64,000 bases of DNA from Erythrobacter sp. Lineage in GTDB: Bacteria > Pseudomonadota > Alphaproteobacteria > Sphingomonadales > Sphingomonadaceae. The position numbers and the translations under genes are program-made. Below, in pieces: positions 1-9,035 of this stretch. The stretch is from positions 1,472,215 through 1,536,214 of the forward strand of contig OY829379.1 in assembly GCA_963691825.1 (NCBI GenBank), given 5' to 3'. How positions within the stretch are numbered: position 1 is the first letter of the stretch; each line of letters begins with the position of its first letter. A model generated the notes under the pieces. It had not been told where the DNA came from. It was given only the letters and a program-made list of their open reading frames with translations, and did not search any database.

Positions 1-200
1 CCGCACTTGCGGTGTCAGCTGATGACAAATGGCGCGCGCCCTATGCTTACCCCGCCGCCAGCTGTTCGCGAATCTAGGCTTCAAATTTGCCGGCCTGTCT
101 GTGACTTTCGCGCGCGACCTGTCACTATGGACCGACTTATGGTCGTTATGCCCTTAACCGGGTTTGAACACGGGTTATTGGATGCGGGCGTGCCCGCAAA

Positions 201-1220
201 TCAGCCGCGCACCAGCCCAAGAGCATCGTACGCAGCGTTGAGAGTGGTCAGGCCCTCTTCGCGGGCTTGCGCCGCGCCGCGGGCAAGGATCGCATCAAGC
301 GCACCTTGATCGTCTTTGAGCTTCATAAAGCGGGCATTGATCGGGGCGAGCGCCTCGACCAAGACCTCGCCAAGAGCCGGCTTGAACGCACCAAAGCCTT
401 GCCCGCCATGATCGGCGAGAACTTGCGCGGTGCTTTTGCCCGTCAGCGCGCCGTAAATCCCAATCAGGTTTTTGGCCTCCGCGCGCCCCTCAAGCCCCTC
501 TTCATCCGAGGGCAGCGGCTCTGGATCGGTTTTGGCCTTCTTGACCTTCTTCATCACCGTATCGGGATCATCGGTCAGGCTGATCCGGCTCATTTCAGAG
601 GGGTCTGACTTGCTCATCTTCGCGCTGCCATCGCGCAGGCTCATAATCCGCGCGGCCGCCGGCGGAATATACGGCTCGGGCAGAGTGAAGAGCGGCGCAT
701 CTTCGGTGCAGAAATCATTGTTGAATTTCTGCGCAATATCGCGGGCCAGTTCGAGGTGCTGTTTCTGATCTTCGCCTACGGGTACATGGGTCGCTTGATA
801 CAGCAGCACATCGGCCGCCTGGAGCACGGGATAGGTGAACAATGCGATCGATTGGCCTTCGCGGTTTTTGCCCGCTTTGTCCTTCCACTGGGTCATGCGG
901 TTGAGCCACCCCATCCGCGCTGTCCCATTGAGGAGCCATTGCAATTCGGCATGGGCGGGGACTTGCGCCTGATTGAACAGGATCGTCTTGGCCGGATCGA
1001 CCCCGCAGGCCACCAATGTCGCGACCATTTCGCGGGTGTTGCGGGCGAGCTCTGCCGGATCGTGCGGCTGCGACAAGGCATGCAGGTCTGCCAGAAAGAT
1101 AAAACACTTCCCGCCCGCCGCGACCGCCTCGTCCTGAAGCTTCACATAATTGACGATTGCGCCAAGATAATTGCCGAGATGGGGCTTACCCGTGGGCTGA
1201 ATGCCAGAGACAACGCGCAT
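201..1220 (-). CDS. trpS: Tryptophan--tRNA ligase
   Basis: HIGH-like motif (SGIQPTGKPHLGNY), VPVGEDQKQHLE and KMSKS. Start reassigned to the ATG at 1220 (MRVVSG). Confidence 0.97.
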   Translation of the reverse strand: MRVVSGIQPTGKPHLGNYLGAIVNYVKLQDEAVAAGGKCFIFLADLHALSQPHDPAELARNTREMVATLVACGVDPAKTILFNQAQVPAHAELQWLLNGTARMGWLNRMTQWKDKAGKNREGQSIALFTYPVLQAADVLLYQATHVPVGEDQKQHLELARDIAQKFNNDFCTEDAPLFTLPEPYIPPAAARIMSLRDGSAKMSKSDPSEMSRISLTDDPDTVMKKVKKAKTDPEPLPSDEEGLEGRAEAKNLIGIYGALTGKSTAQVLADHGGQGFGAFKPALGEVLVEALAPINARFMKLKDDQGALDAILARGAAQAREEGLTTLNAAYDALGLVRG

Positions 1221-1224
1221 GATT

Positions 1225-2877
1225 TCAATTAGCTTTCTTTGTAAATGCAGCAATTCGAGCGCGGTCGATCGCGCCGACCGCAAAGGCGATGCCGAAATAA
1301 ACGATTGCAGCCGCGCCGACCAGCGCCGCCAAAGCCGCCAACCGCACAAACAATCCGGCGGAATACCACCCGGTTAGCAGGTCGCTGGTGTAGAACAAGG
1401 CCCCGCCCATTGCGGCGGCTGCGAACATTTGGCGGATGATGCGAAACACCAGCACAGCCGGCATCCGGTAATGCCCGCGCCATGCCAACACAGCGAACAG
1501 GAATGCGACATTGATCCACGCGCCGATAACGCTCGCATAAGCGATCCCTTGAACGCCATATCCAAGGGCCGTGAGCTCAATGTGAGGAAACGGGAGGGAA
1601 AATAGCCACAAGTCGATAGACCCGCCGATCGAGAGACCAAGGTTGGCGATACAAAACGCGATAAACACGCCCAACGAAACAAACGCTGCGATCACCGGGG
1701 TTTTGGTGTCGGCGCGGGCATAGAAATTGGGCACCAACACTTTGACCAGAACATAGGCGGGCAGACCCAAAACCAAGGCGGCCAGCACTTTGCCCGTGAT
1801 CGCGGCATCGGACAGCGCAAACCGGCCGCCTTGAAAAATCATGGTTACAAATGGTTCGGCGCAAATCGCCAGCGCGACCGCCGCCGGGATCGTCAGCAAC
1901 ATCGACAGCTCAATCGCATCGGATTGCAAGCTGGCCGCGCGCGCCTCGTCCTTACCGCCAATAAATTTGGACAGGTTGGGCAAGATTGCCGTGGCGAGCG
2001 CAATCCCGATAATCCCCAAGGGCAATTGGTTCAGCCGGTCGGCATAATTCATATAGCTAACCGATCCATCGCCCAGTTGGTTGAGGAAATAGAGCTGCAC
2101 CAGAGTGTTGATCTGATAGGCGCCGCCGCCAATCGCGGCCGGCAGAGCGATGATCGAAAGCCGTTTGACCTTAGGCGTGATGCGCGGCCACAAGATTTTG
2201 GGCTTAAACCCCTCAACCCGGGTCCAGTAATACAGCCACGCCAGCTGCATCACCCCCGCGCCCGTTACGGCCCATGCAATTCCATAGGCGACCTGCTCGA
2301 TTGACGCGCCACTGGTTTCGATGAACCATTCGCCGGCTAGCAAGGCGGCGATCAAAACGAGGTTCAAAATGATCGGGAAGCTGGCGCCGGGCGCAAAACG
2401 TGAGACCGAATTGAGCATGCCGGTGAACAAGGTCACGAGGCTGACAAGGAGGATATAGGGAAACATGATCCGCGCGAAATCAACCGCCAGCGGATAGGTT
2501 TGGGCATCGACCGGCTTTTCCGATAACAGCCAGATCACGCCGGGCATTGCGATCTCGAACACCGCCACCAGCGCGATCAAAACCGGCAAGAACACGCTCA
2601 ACACATCGGCGCTGAAACTGCGCGCTTCTTCCAAGCCGTTCTGCGGATCATCTGATCCGTGCAGCCTTTTTGAAAACATCGGCACAAAGGCCGCAGAAAA
2701 CGCGCCTTCTGCGAACAGGCGGCGAAAGACATTGGGGATGATAAAGGCCTGAAACCAGGCATCGGTGATCGCATTCGCGCCAAGAACGCGCGCAAAGATC
2801 ATCTCGCGCGCCATTCCGGCAATGCGGCTGAGCAGGGTCAGAGACCCAATTGTGCCGACATTTTTGAGCAGGCTCAT
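1225..2877 (-). CDS. murJ: Lipid II flippase MurJ (MviN)
   Basis: N-terminal TLLSRIAGMARE, PNVFRRLFAEGAFSAAFVP and ADRLNQLPLG motifs; many TM segments. Confidence 0.96.
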   Translation of the reverse strand: MSLLKNVGTIGSLTLLSRIAGMAREMIFARVLGANAITDAWFQAFIIPNVFRRLFAEGAFSAAFVPMFSKRLHGSDDPQNGLEEARSFSADVLSVFLPVLIALVAVFEIAMPGVIWLLSEKPVDAQTYPLAVDFARIMFPYILLVSLVTLFTGMLNSVSRFAPGASFPIILNLVLIAALLAGEWFIETSGASIEQVAYGIAWAVTGAGVMQLAWLYYWTRVEGFKPKILWPRITPKVKRLSIIALPAAIGGGAYQINTLVQLYFLNQLGDGSVSYMNYADRLNQLPLGIIGIALATAILPNLSKFIGGKDEARAASLQSDAIELSMLLTIPAAVALAICAEPFVTMIFQGGRFALSDAAITGKVLAALVLGLPAYVLVKVLVPNFYARADTKTPVIAAFVSLGVFIAFCIANLGLSIGGSIDLWLFSLPFPHIELTALGYGVQGIAYASVIGAWINVAFLFAVLAWRGHYRMPAVLVFRIIRQMFAAAAMGGALFYTSDLLTGWYSAGLFVRLAALAALVGAAAIVYFGIAFAVGAIDRARIAAFTKKAN

Positions 2878-3063
2878 TGCGCTAGGCCTGAGGGGTCAAA
2901 AATCGGCAAATGTCCTATCCGCTCGGCTTTGTGGCGCACTGTCCCTTGTCCTTATGCGCTCACGCTAAGGGAAAAAGACGCATTTCGGCAAGCCCGGGCC
3001 AATGCAAGGTGTGAACGCGTCACAAATGCCGCGTTCACCCTGCCATGGGCCAAGGGCGTCCAA

Positions 3064-3603
3064 TCAGACAACGCCGCCCGGCGCGCTGGGCAGATCGCTG
3101 CCAGCGGCTGCGCCTTGCTGGCGGCTGGCCTGCAGGCGTTGAAGATACAGACCATTAAAGTCGATCGGGTCGACCATCAGCGGCGGGAAGCCTGCATCGC
3201 GCACAGCGTCGGCAACCACACGGCGGGCGAATGGGAACAGGATGCGCGGGGCTTCGGCAAACAGGAAGGCGTGCGCTTGGTCTTCGGGAATATTGCGCAA
3301 GCCGATCAGCCCGCAATACGACAACTCGACCAAATAAGCGGTGCCTTTTTCACCCGTTGCCGTGATGTTGATTTTGAGCTCAACCTCGGTGACCTGCTCC
3401 CCCTTGGGATGAGCGCCAATGTTGAACTGAACATCGACTTTGGGTGCGTCGGCCCATTGAAACACGTCTGGCGCGCTTGGGTTTTCGACCGAGAGGTCTT
3501 TGACATATTGCGTGATGATACCAGCCGCAGGTGCGTCATCGGCACCGGCAGGGCCACCAGCTGGATTGTTCAGATCGGTGAGAATGTCGCCTTCGTCGGC
3601 CAT
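3064..3603 (-). CDS. secB: Protein-export chaperone SecB
   Basis: QYVKDLSVENP and PRILFPFARRVVAD...GFPPLMVDPIDF motifs. Confidence 0.96.
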   Translation of the reverse strand: MADEGDILTDLNNPAGGPAGADDAPAAGIITQYVKDLSVENPSAPDVFQWADAPKVDVQFNIGAHPKGEQVTEVELKINITATGEKGTAYLVELSYCGLIGLRNIPEDQAHAFLFAEAPRILFPFARRVVADAVRDAGFPPLMVDPIDFNGLYLQRLQASRQQGAAAGSDLPSAPGGVV

Positions 3604-4092
3604 GATATAAACGTCTTTCGTAGGTGAGTTGGATGATGGGCGTGTCGATCATGCAAAAGCGCAGGTGCGATTTGACATACACGCCGCCAAAAAACAGTGC
3701 GCCGCGCGCCTAGCAGGGGCGCAGCAGTCAGGCAATCTTTGACTTGGATCATCACCAATTGCGAGGGTGCGAAGCGTCGCCGGCGTGGGAATCGGTCCAA
3801 AATGCAAGTTTGGCTAAGAAATGAGACAGGGTAAGCCCTCGGAGCACTGTTTTTCCGTCAAAAATGGGCAATTGACCGGCTTTTGTGCGCAATTTGACGC
3901 AAGTTTTGCGGAATCTCACCCAGATTGCGCGTTGGCGAATTGAATTTGATCCCTATTTATGGGACGACATGCATCTGCTTTGTGCGATTTGCGTAACTCA
4001 AAGTGTTCGAATCGTTTGAAGCTCAGGGTTAAAACCCTGACGATTGCACCCGGTTTTGTGCAGGCAGACCAAGAAAGTACCAAGGTAATAAC

Positions 4093-4752
4093 GTGATTCT
4101 AGAAATCGTCATTCTCGCCTCTATCGCGGCCTTTTTGGGGCTCCGCCTCTATTCGGTCCTCGGCCGCCGCGCTGAACACGAGGAAGAATCGGTGCCGCAT
4201 CGCTTCGATGCTGGTGACAATCTACCGGCGGCGTCGCCTGACGCGCCTCACGCCGTTGCTTCTGCTTCACCGCGTCCTGCTGAGCTTGAAGGTGTGATGC
4301 CCGCGGTTGAGCGTGGGATCCGCGAAATTTCCAGCGCGGATCGGACTTTCGCGCTTGCGCCTTTTATGTCCGGCGCACGCAGCGCTTATGAATTGGTGCT
4401 TGAAGCGTTCTGGACCGGCGACCGCGATACATTGCGCGATCTGTGCGATGATGATGTCTTTGCCGGGTTTAGCGCGGCAATCGACGCGCGCGAAGAAGCG
4501 GGGCACACGCTGGATAACAAATTGGTGCGGATTGAAGAAACCCGTATCCACTCAGCCTCCCTCGATGGGCGCATCGCTCGCATAGCAATCCTGTTCGTCG
4601 CGGACATCGCTGCTGTCACCCGCGATGCGCAAGGGGCAGTGGTTGCTGGCTCGCTCGATGACGCCATCGAGAGCCGGGACATCTGGACCTTCAGCCGCAA
4701 CACCGCTTCGCGCGATCCCAACTGGGTGCTCGACGAAACCGACGAAGGGTGA
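4093..4752 (+). CDS. Tim44/TimA family putative adaptor protein
   Basis: N-terminal TM (FLGLRLYSVLGRR) and C-terminal DIWTFSRNTASRDPNWVL; conserved position between secB and mltA. Confidence 0.9.
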   Translation: MILEIVILASIAAFLGLRLYSVLGRRAEHEEESVPHRFDAGDNLPAASPDAPHAVASASPRPAELEGVMPAVERGIREISSADRTFALAPFMSGARSAYELVLEAFWTGDRDTLRDLCDDDVFAGFSAAIDAREEAGHTLDNKLVRIEETRIHSASLDGRIARIAILFVADIAAVTRDAQGAVVAGSLDDAIESRDIWTFSRNTASRDPNWVLDETDEG

Positions 4753-4755
4753 GCT

Positions 4756-6063
4756 TTGGTTGACGGGCTTGACCGATCAGCCCGCCTCACATTGCATGGG
4801 GTAATCCGTTTGTTTGGCCAAGCTGCGCCTGCTCGCCGCGGGCGCTCTCCTGTCGCTTGGGGCGCGATGCTTGCAGCTATGACGCTGCTGGGTGGTTGTT
4901 TGCGACTGGTTCCCGAAGCCGCCGCGCCGCAGCCGTCAATAGATGAAGCCGCGCCCAGCGCTCCTTATCCAGTTCCAACTCCAGCAAGCGGCGCAGTGGA
5001 TGGGGTGTCGCGTGGCCCCATCATCGCGGATCTTGCTATCGGAGCCGAAGATGCGGCCAGTGCGCTTTCGGGCTTCGTAGAATCGTGTCCGCAATTGTTG
5101 CGCCGTGTCGACAATAGCGGTTTGACCAATAGCGTCGATTGGCGCCCGGCCTGCGCTGCGGCAGAGACTTGGCCCCGTTCTGATGCGCTAGGTTTCTTTC
5201 AGGCCCATTTCGAGACCGCTAGGGTTGGTGACGGCCGCGCCTTTGCCACGGGTTATTTCGAGCCTGAAATCCTGGGTTCACGCACTCGTCGGCCCGGATT
5301 TGATGTCCCCGTTTACACCATGCCCGATGATCTGGTGCGCGCCTGGCCAAGCGGCACTCCTCCATCCGAGCGCGACGGGCGTCCACCTTTGGGCAGATAC
5401 AATGCCAGTGGCGATTTCGAACGCTATCCTGACCGCGCTGCGATTGAAGATGGCGCGCTTGCTGGACGCGTACCGGTCATCGGCTGGGCAGCGGATCCGG
5501 TAGAGTTCTTTTTTCTGCAAATTCAGGGGTCAGGCCGGCTGCGCACGCCTGAAGGCGAGGTCATCCGGATCGGCTATGCGGGACAAAATGGTCGGGGATA
5601 TACCGGCATTGGCGGGGTCATGCGCGACCGCGGTTTGCTGGGCGATGGGCCCGGCCAATATCCTGGCTCAATGCAGGGGATCATGGCCTATATTCGCGAC
5701 AACCCAAGAGATGGCCGGGCATTGATGCGGTTGAACAAAAGCTGGATTTTCTTCCGCGAACTGACTGGCGATGGGCCTCTTGGGGCGCTGGGCGTGCCGG
5801 TCCGGCGCGAAGCTTCAATTGCTGCGGACCCCGCATTTGTGCCACTGGGGGCACCGGTTTGGCTCGACATGGACCGTGACATTGCGGATGGATTGTGGAT
5901 CGCACAAGACACTGGAGGCGCCATCAAAGGGGCCAACCGCTTCGACACGTTCTGGGGCGCCGGTGCGGATGCACGTCAAATCGCAGGTGGGATGAGCGCG
6001 CGGGGGCGTGCGCTTTTGTTGCTGCCCAGAGGCACAATTGATCGTTTGAACCGGTCAAGATGA
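4756..6063 (+). CDS. mltA: Membrane-bound lytic murein transglycosylase A (start may be the ATG at 4867)
   Basis: Lipobox LLGGC, TGYFEP, FFLQIQGSG and 3D domain AQDTGGAIKGANRFDTFWG. Confidence 0.93.
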   Translation: MVDGLDRSARLTLHGVIRLFGQAAPARRGRSPVAWGAMLAAMTLLGGCLRLVPEAAAPQPSIDEAAPSAPYPVPTPASGAVDGVSRGPIIADLAIGAEDAASALSGFVESCPQLLRRVDNSGLTNSVDWRPACAAAETWPRSDALGFFQAHFETARVGDGRAFATGYFEPEILGSRTRRPGFDVPVYTMPDDLVRAWPSGTPPSERDGRPPLGRYNASGDFERYPDRAAIEDGALAGRVPVIGWAADPVEFFFLQIQGSGRLRTPEGEVIRIGYAGQNGRGYTGIGGVMRDRGLLGDGPGQYPGSMQGIMAYIRDNPRDGRALMRLNKSWIFFRELTGDGPLGALGVPVRREASIAADPAFVPLGAPVWLDMDRDIADGLWIAQDTGGAIKGANRFDTFWGAGADARQIAGGMSARGRALLLLPRGTIDRLNRSR

Positions 6064-6067
6064 GGGA

Positions 6068-6691
6068 TTGGTGATGAGTGTTCCGCGTGGGCTGAGCCCT
6101 GACGAACAAGCCGCGTGGGCGCGGTTGGCGCAGAGCGTCACGCCAATCGCTGGCCGTGCGGCCCCCAAGCTTGCAAAACAGGCTCCGGCCAACGGCACGG
6201 ATCAAGGCGCATCAATGCCCACTGCAATCCGGGCGAAAAAGCCCAAGCCTAAAATCGCATCCAAACCTGCCGCGCCCGCTCCCGGGCCCATTGCGCCGCC
6301 GCGCCCCACGGCGCCGGTGGTCCCTTCCGCCCGGGCGCCGTTCAACTCACAGCTGGACTCGCACTGGAACCGCAAGTTGAAGGCTGGTCAGATCGCGCCT
6401 GACTACACGCTCGATCTGCACGGCCATTCGCTCGACGGCGCCTACAACCGGATCATCAGCGGGATCGATCAAGCCCGTGCAATGGGGGCGCGGGTTGTCT
6501 TGGTGATTGCAGGGCGCGATCGCGGGGCTGACCCTGCTGACCGAGCGACCAAGCGCGGGGCGATCCGAGCGAAAATGCTGGATTGGCTTGCGGCCAGTCA
6601 CCATGCAGAGGCGATCGCCGCCGTGCGCCGTGCGCATATTCGCCATGGCGGTGAGGGCGCGCTCTATCTGGTGCTCAAACGCCCACGCTAG
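6068..6691 (+). CDS. Smr/MutS2-domain protein
   Basis: LDLHGHS, VLVIAGR and HGGEGALYLVL Smr motifs; follows mltA as in other alphaproteobacteria. Confidence 0.9.
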   Translation: MVMSVPRGLSPDEQAAWARLAQSVTPIAGRAAPKLAKQAPANGTDQGASMPTAIRAKKPKPKIASKPAAPAPGPIAPPRPTAPVVPSARAPFNSQLDSHWNRKLKAGQIAPDYTLDLHGHSLDGAYNRIISGIDQARAMGARVVLVIAGRDRGADPADRATKRGAIRAKMLDWLAASHHAEAIAAVRRAHIRHGGEGALYLVLKRPR

Positions 6692-6708
6692 AGCCCATGT
6701 CGGGCGCC

Positions 6709-7257
6709 TTAGCCGAACAACCACGCATTCATCATCCGGCCGGGCATCGCAATCGCCACCAGGCCCGGGATCATCAGCGCACCCAGATAGAGGCTCATAA
6801 TCTCTTTCTTGTGCCCCTTCATATCGCCGCGCCGCGCGGTCATGATCAATTTGTACGAGGCCACCAGCGTCATCGGCACAAAAACGTGAATCGGACTGAG
6901 CATTTCGCCAAACCGGATGAACAGGGTGGAAAGCGCAGTGGTCACCATCAACGCCACCCAGATCTTGCCCAGTCGTTTGTGCCACACTCCTCCTTTGCGA
7001 GCGAGCAACAGATATCCTCCCAGCGGGATGGCGGGCAGGACGGTCGCCACATGGATAATGATCGCAAGTGAACCCGCATGGGGGTGTGCAGGCGCCAAAC
7101 CAGTAAATGCTCGCAGCAGCGCAATCAAAACCGCCAACGACATAGCCACGCAGGCCACCCAGACAATTTTACGTTGCCATGTGGTGATATCAAAGGCGTT
7201 GCCACCATCCGATTTTTGCGTGTTGGAAAATGGCAATTTGGCGGTTGAACTGGTCAT
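6709..7257 (-). CDS. DUF2306-family membrane protein
   Basis: H...ARKGGVWHKRLGKIW, SPIHVF and HKKEIMSLYLGALMIPG pattern; 4-5 TM helices. Confidence 0.8.
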   Translation of the reverse strand: MTSSTAKLPFSNTQKSDGGNAFDITTWQRKIVWVACVAMSLAVLIALLRAFTGLAPAHPHAGSLAIIIHVATVLPAIPLGGYLLLARKGGVWHKRLGKIWVALMVTTALSTLFIRFGEMLSPIHVFVPMTLVASYKLIMTARRGDMKGHKKEIMSLYLGALMIPGLVAIAMPGRMMNAWLFG

Positions 7258-7467
7258 CAATTAATCCCTTTGTCATACAGGCGGGGTGAGCCACATGTCC
7301 GGCGCATCTCGCTGTTGAGGGCACAATGGCATCGGCCCGTTGGCCGGCAATCGCCGCTGCGTGAGCGGGCGATAGAGCGCGCGGATTGGCCAGCCGCACC
7401 TTGGGAAAGTGCCGAATTTTAGGGGTTTGCCACTTTACGAAGCGCGAACGGGTCGGCAGATATTGCG

Positions 7468-8310
7468 GTGATGACTGTTCCGCCGCCTGCCCCACAACGC
7501 CCCCTTCTGCGTAAGATCGCGATCGATCTTGCGGTGATGACGGTGTTGGGCGTCTTGCTCGCTGTGGTCGGCCCGTTTGGCAGTTTTGAAGAGCCATTTC
7601 CCTTGCGGCTCGTAACGTGGCTGGGCTTCGCTTATATTGGCTATGTCGTCTACAGCCCTATGGGGATGTTTGTTGACCGGGCTCAGGCGGCACTGGACCT
7701 GCCGCGCGTGTGGCTATGGATTGTGGCTGTGGCGCTTGCGACCTTTCCGATGGCCACATTGGTGTGGGCGATGAAATTCGTATCCGGTCCTGTGCAGTGG
7801 CCCCCGCTCGAACGCGCAATCACGCATTATTTTCATGTCTTTGTAATTGGCGGCGGGGCGACAGCTTTGTTCTACGTGCTCGAAAAGCGCGGCGAGGGTG
7901 AGGTGCGCAGCGCATCTCCAACCGCAAATGCGGCTGATCTTGCCCCGACACATCCACCTGCAAATTCTGATCCTGATCCTGATCCTGATCCTATTTCTCC
8001 CAATCCTTTGCTCGATCAATTGCCGGCCGCTTTGGGTGGCGAAGTGATCGCGTTGGAGATGGAGGATCACTATGTCCGTGTTCACACCGCGCTTGGATCG
8101 CATTTGGTGCTGATGCGGCTGCGTGATGCGATCCCGCATATCGATGGGATCGAAGGGCGCCAGGTCCATCGCAGTTGGTGGGTGGCGCGCGGCGCGGTCG
8201 AGGATGTGCGCCGCGAAGGGCGCAATGTGCGGCTGGTTTTGGGCGAAGATTTGGTCGCACCGGTTAGCCGTGCGCAGGTGAGCGAGCTAAAGGCGGCGGG
8301 CTGGTTTTAA
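7468..8310 (+). CDS. Membrane-anchored LytTR-family DNA-binding regulator
   Basis: Four N-terminal TM segments; C-terminal MEDHYVRVHT...GRQVHRSWWVA...PVSR LytTR domain. Confidence 0.9.
   Translation: MMTVPPPAPQRPLLRKIAIDLAVMTVLGVLLAVVGPFGSFEEPFPLRLVTWLGFAYIGYVVYSPMGMFVDRAQAALDLPRVWLWIVAVALATFPMATLVWAMKFVSGPVQWPPLERAITHYFHVFVIGGGATALFYVLEKRGEGEVRSASPTANAADLAPTHPPANSDPDPDPDPISPNPLLDQLPAALGGEVIALEMEDHYVRVHTALGSHLVLMRLRDAIPHIDGIEGRQVHRSWWVARGAVEDVRREGRNVRLVLGEDLVAPVSRAQVSELKAAGWF
7969..7992 (+). repeat. (GATCCT)4 in-frame hexamer tandem repeat encoding DPDPDPDP in the LytTR linker
   Basis: Read directly from the sequence. Confidence 0.95.
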
Positions 8311-8315
8311 GTCGC

Positions 8316-8903
8316 TTATGCGCGCGCGGGGCGTATCATCGGTGTCATGACCGGCGAAGAGCCGGCCTGGATCTCGCCCATCACTTCGAAGCCGTAACGC
8401 TGGTAGAGCGAGATATTGCGCGGATTGGACGATTCCAGATAGGCGGGAAGGCCATCCGCATCGACCTTAGCCAGTGCGTGCCGCATCAAGGCCGCACCCA
8501 AACCTTGGCCGGTATGCGCAGGGTCGGCCGCGATCAAAGGCAGGTGCCAGCATGGCTCTTGCGGATGATAATCTGCCATTTGAGAGAAAAATGCGGTTGT
8601 CTCCCCGGTCCGGTCGGATGGGATTGATGCCGCGCTCGCCTCGGTCATGGCCTCGCTATCGGGTTCGACGCCCGGGGGAAGCCACATCGCAGCCGCGCGC
8701 CCACAAATTGTCTCGAAAACGCTGTCATGGGCAAAACCGCGCCCACCAAAGCCTTCTGCGATTTTGGGGAAAGTGGCCAGAAATGTTGCAGGGTCTGGCC
8801 ATGTCCAACGCATCACCGGATCGCTAGCAAAGCCCAAGGTCATAATGTCCAGCACAGCTTTGCGTCTGTCTTGGCTTGCGGATTGTACCGATATTGGCGG
8901 CAT
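8316..8903 (-). CDS. GNAT-family N-acetyltransferase
   Basis: GQGLGAALM acetyl-CoA motif and YLESSNPRNISLYQRYGF; SD GAGGAG upstream of the ATG at 8903. Confidence 0.88.
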   Translation of the reverse strand: MPPISVQSASQDRRKAVLDIMTLGFASDPVMRWTWPDPATFLATFPKIAEGFGGRGFAHDSVFETICGRAAAMWLPPGVEPDSEAMTEASAASIPSDRTGETTAFFSQMADYHPQEPCWHLPLIAADPAHTGQGLGAALMRHALAKVDADGLPAYLESSNPRNISLYQRYGFEVMGEIQAGSSPVMTPMIRPARA

Positions 8904-8946
8904 AATTGTCTCTCTCCTCACCGCTGGCATTAGAATGGCGTTGGGC

Positions 8947-8980
8947 AAACAAAAAGCCCCCGACAAAAATGCCGGGGGCT
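8947..8980 (-). terminator. Rho-independent terminator of katG
   Basis: Minus strand AGCCCCCGGC-ATTTTT-GTCGGGGGCT followed by TTTTGTTT, about 55 nt after the katG stop. Confidence 0.8.
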
Positions 8981-9035
8981 GGTTTTGTTATCCCACGCTC
9001 AGGCGCGTGATGGATCGTTTGCGGTGTGATCGCGA

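Noticed and set aside
1-200. Gene at the window start (ORF 7-309)
   Set aside because: It overlaps the end of trpS antisense and has no motif; a downstream gene would begin outside the window.
7380-7450. LytTR direct-repeat binding site in the DUF2306-LytTR spacer
   Set aside because: Only weak, degenerate similarity (CTTCGTAAAGTG versus CTTTCCCAAGGTG on the minus strand); not callable without orthologs.
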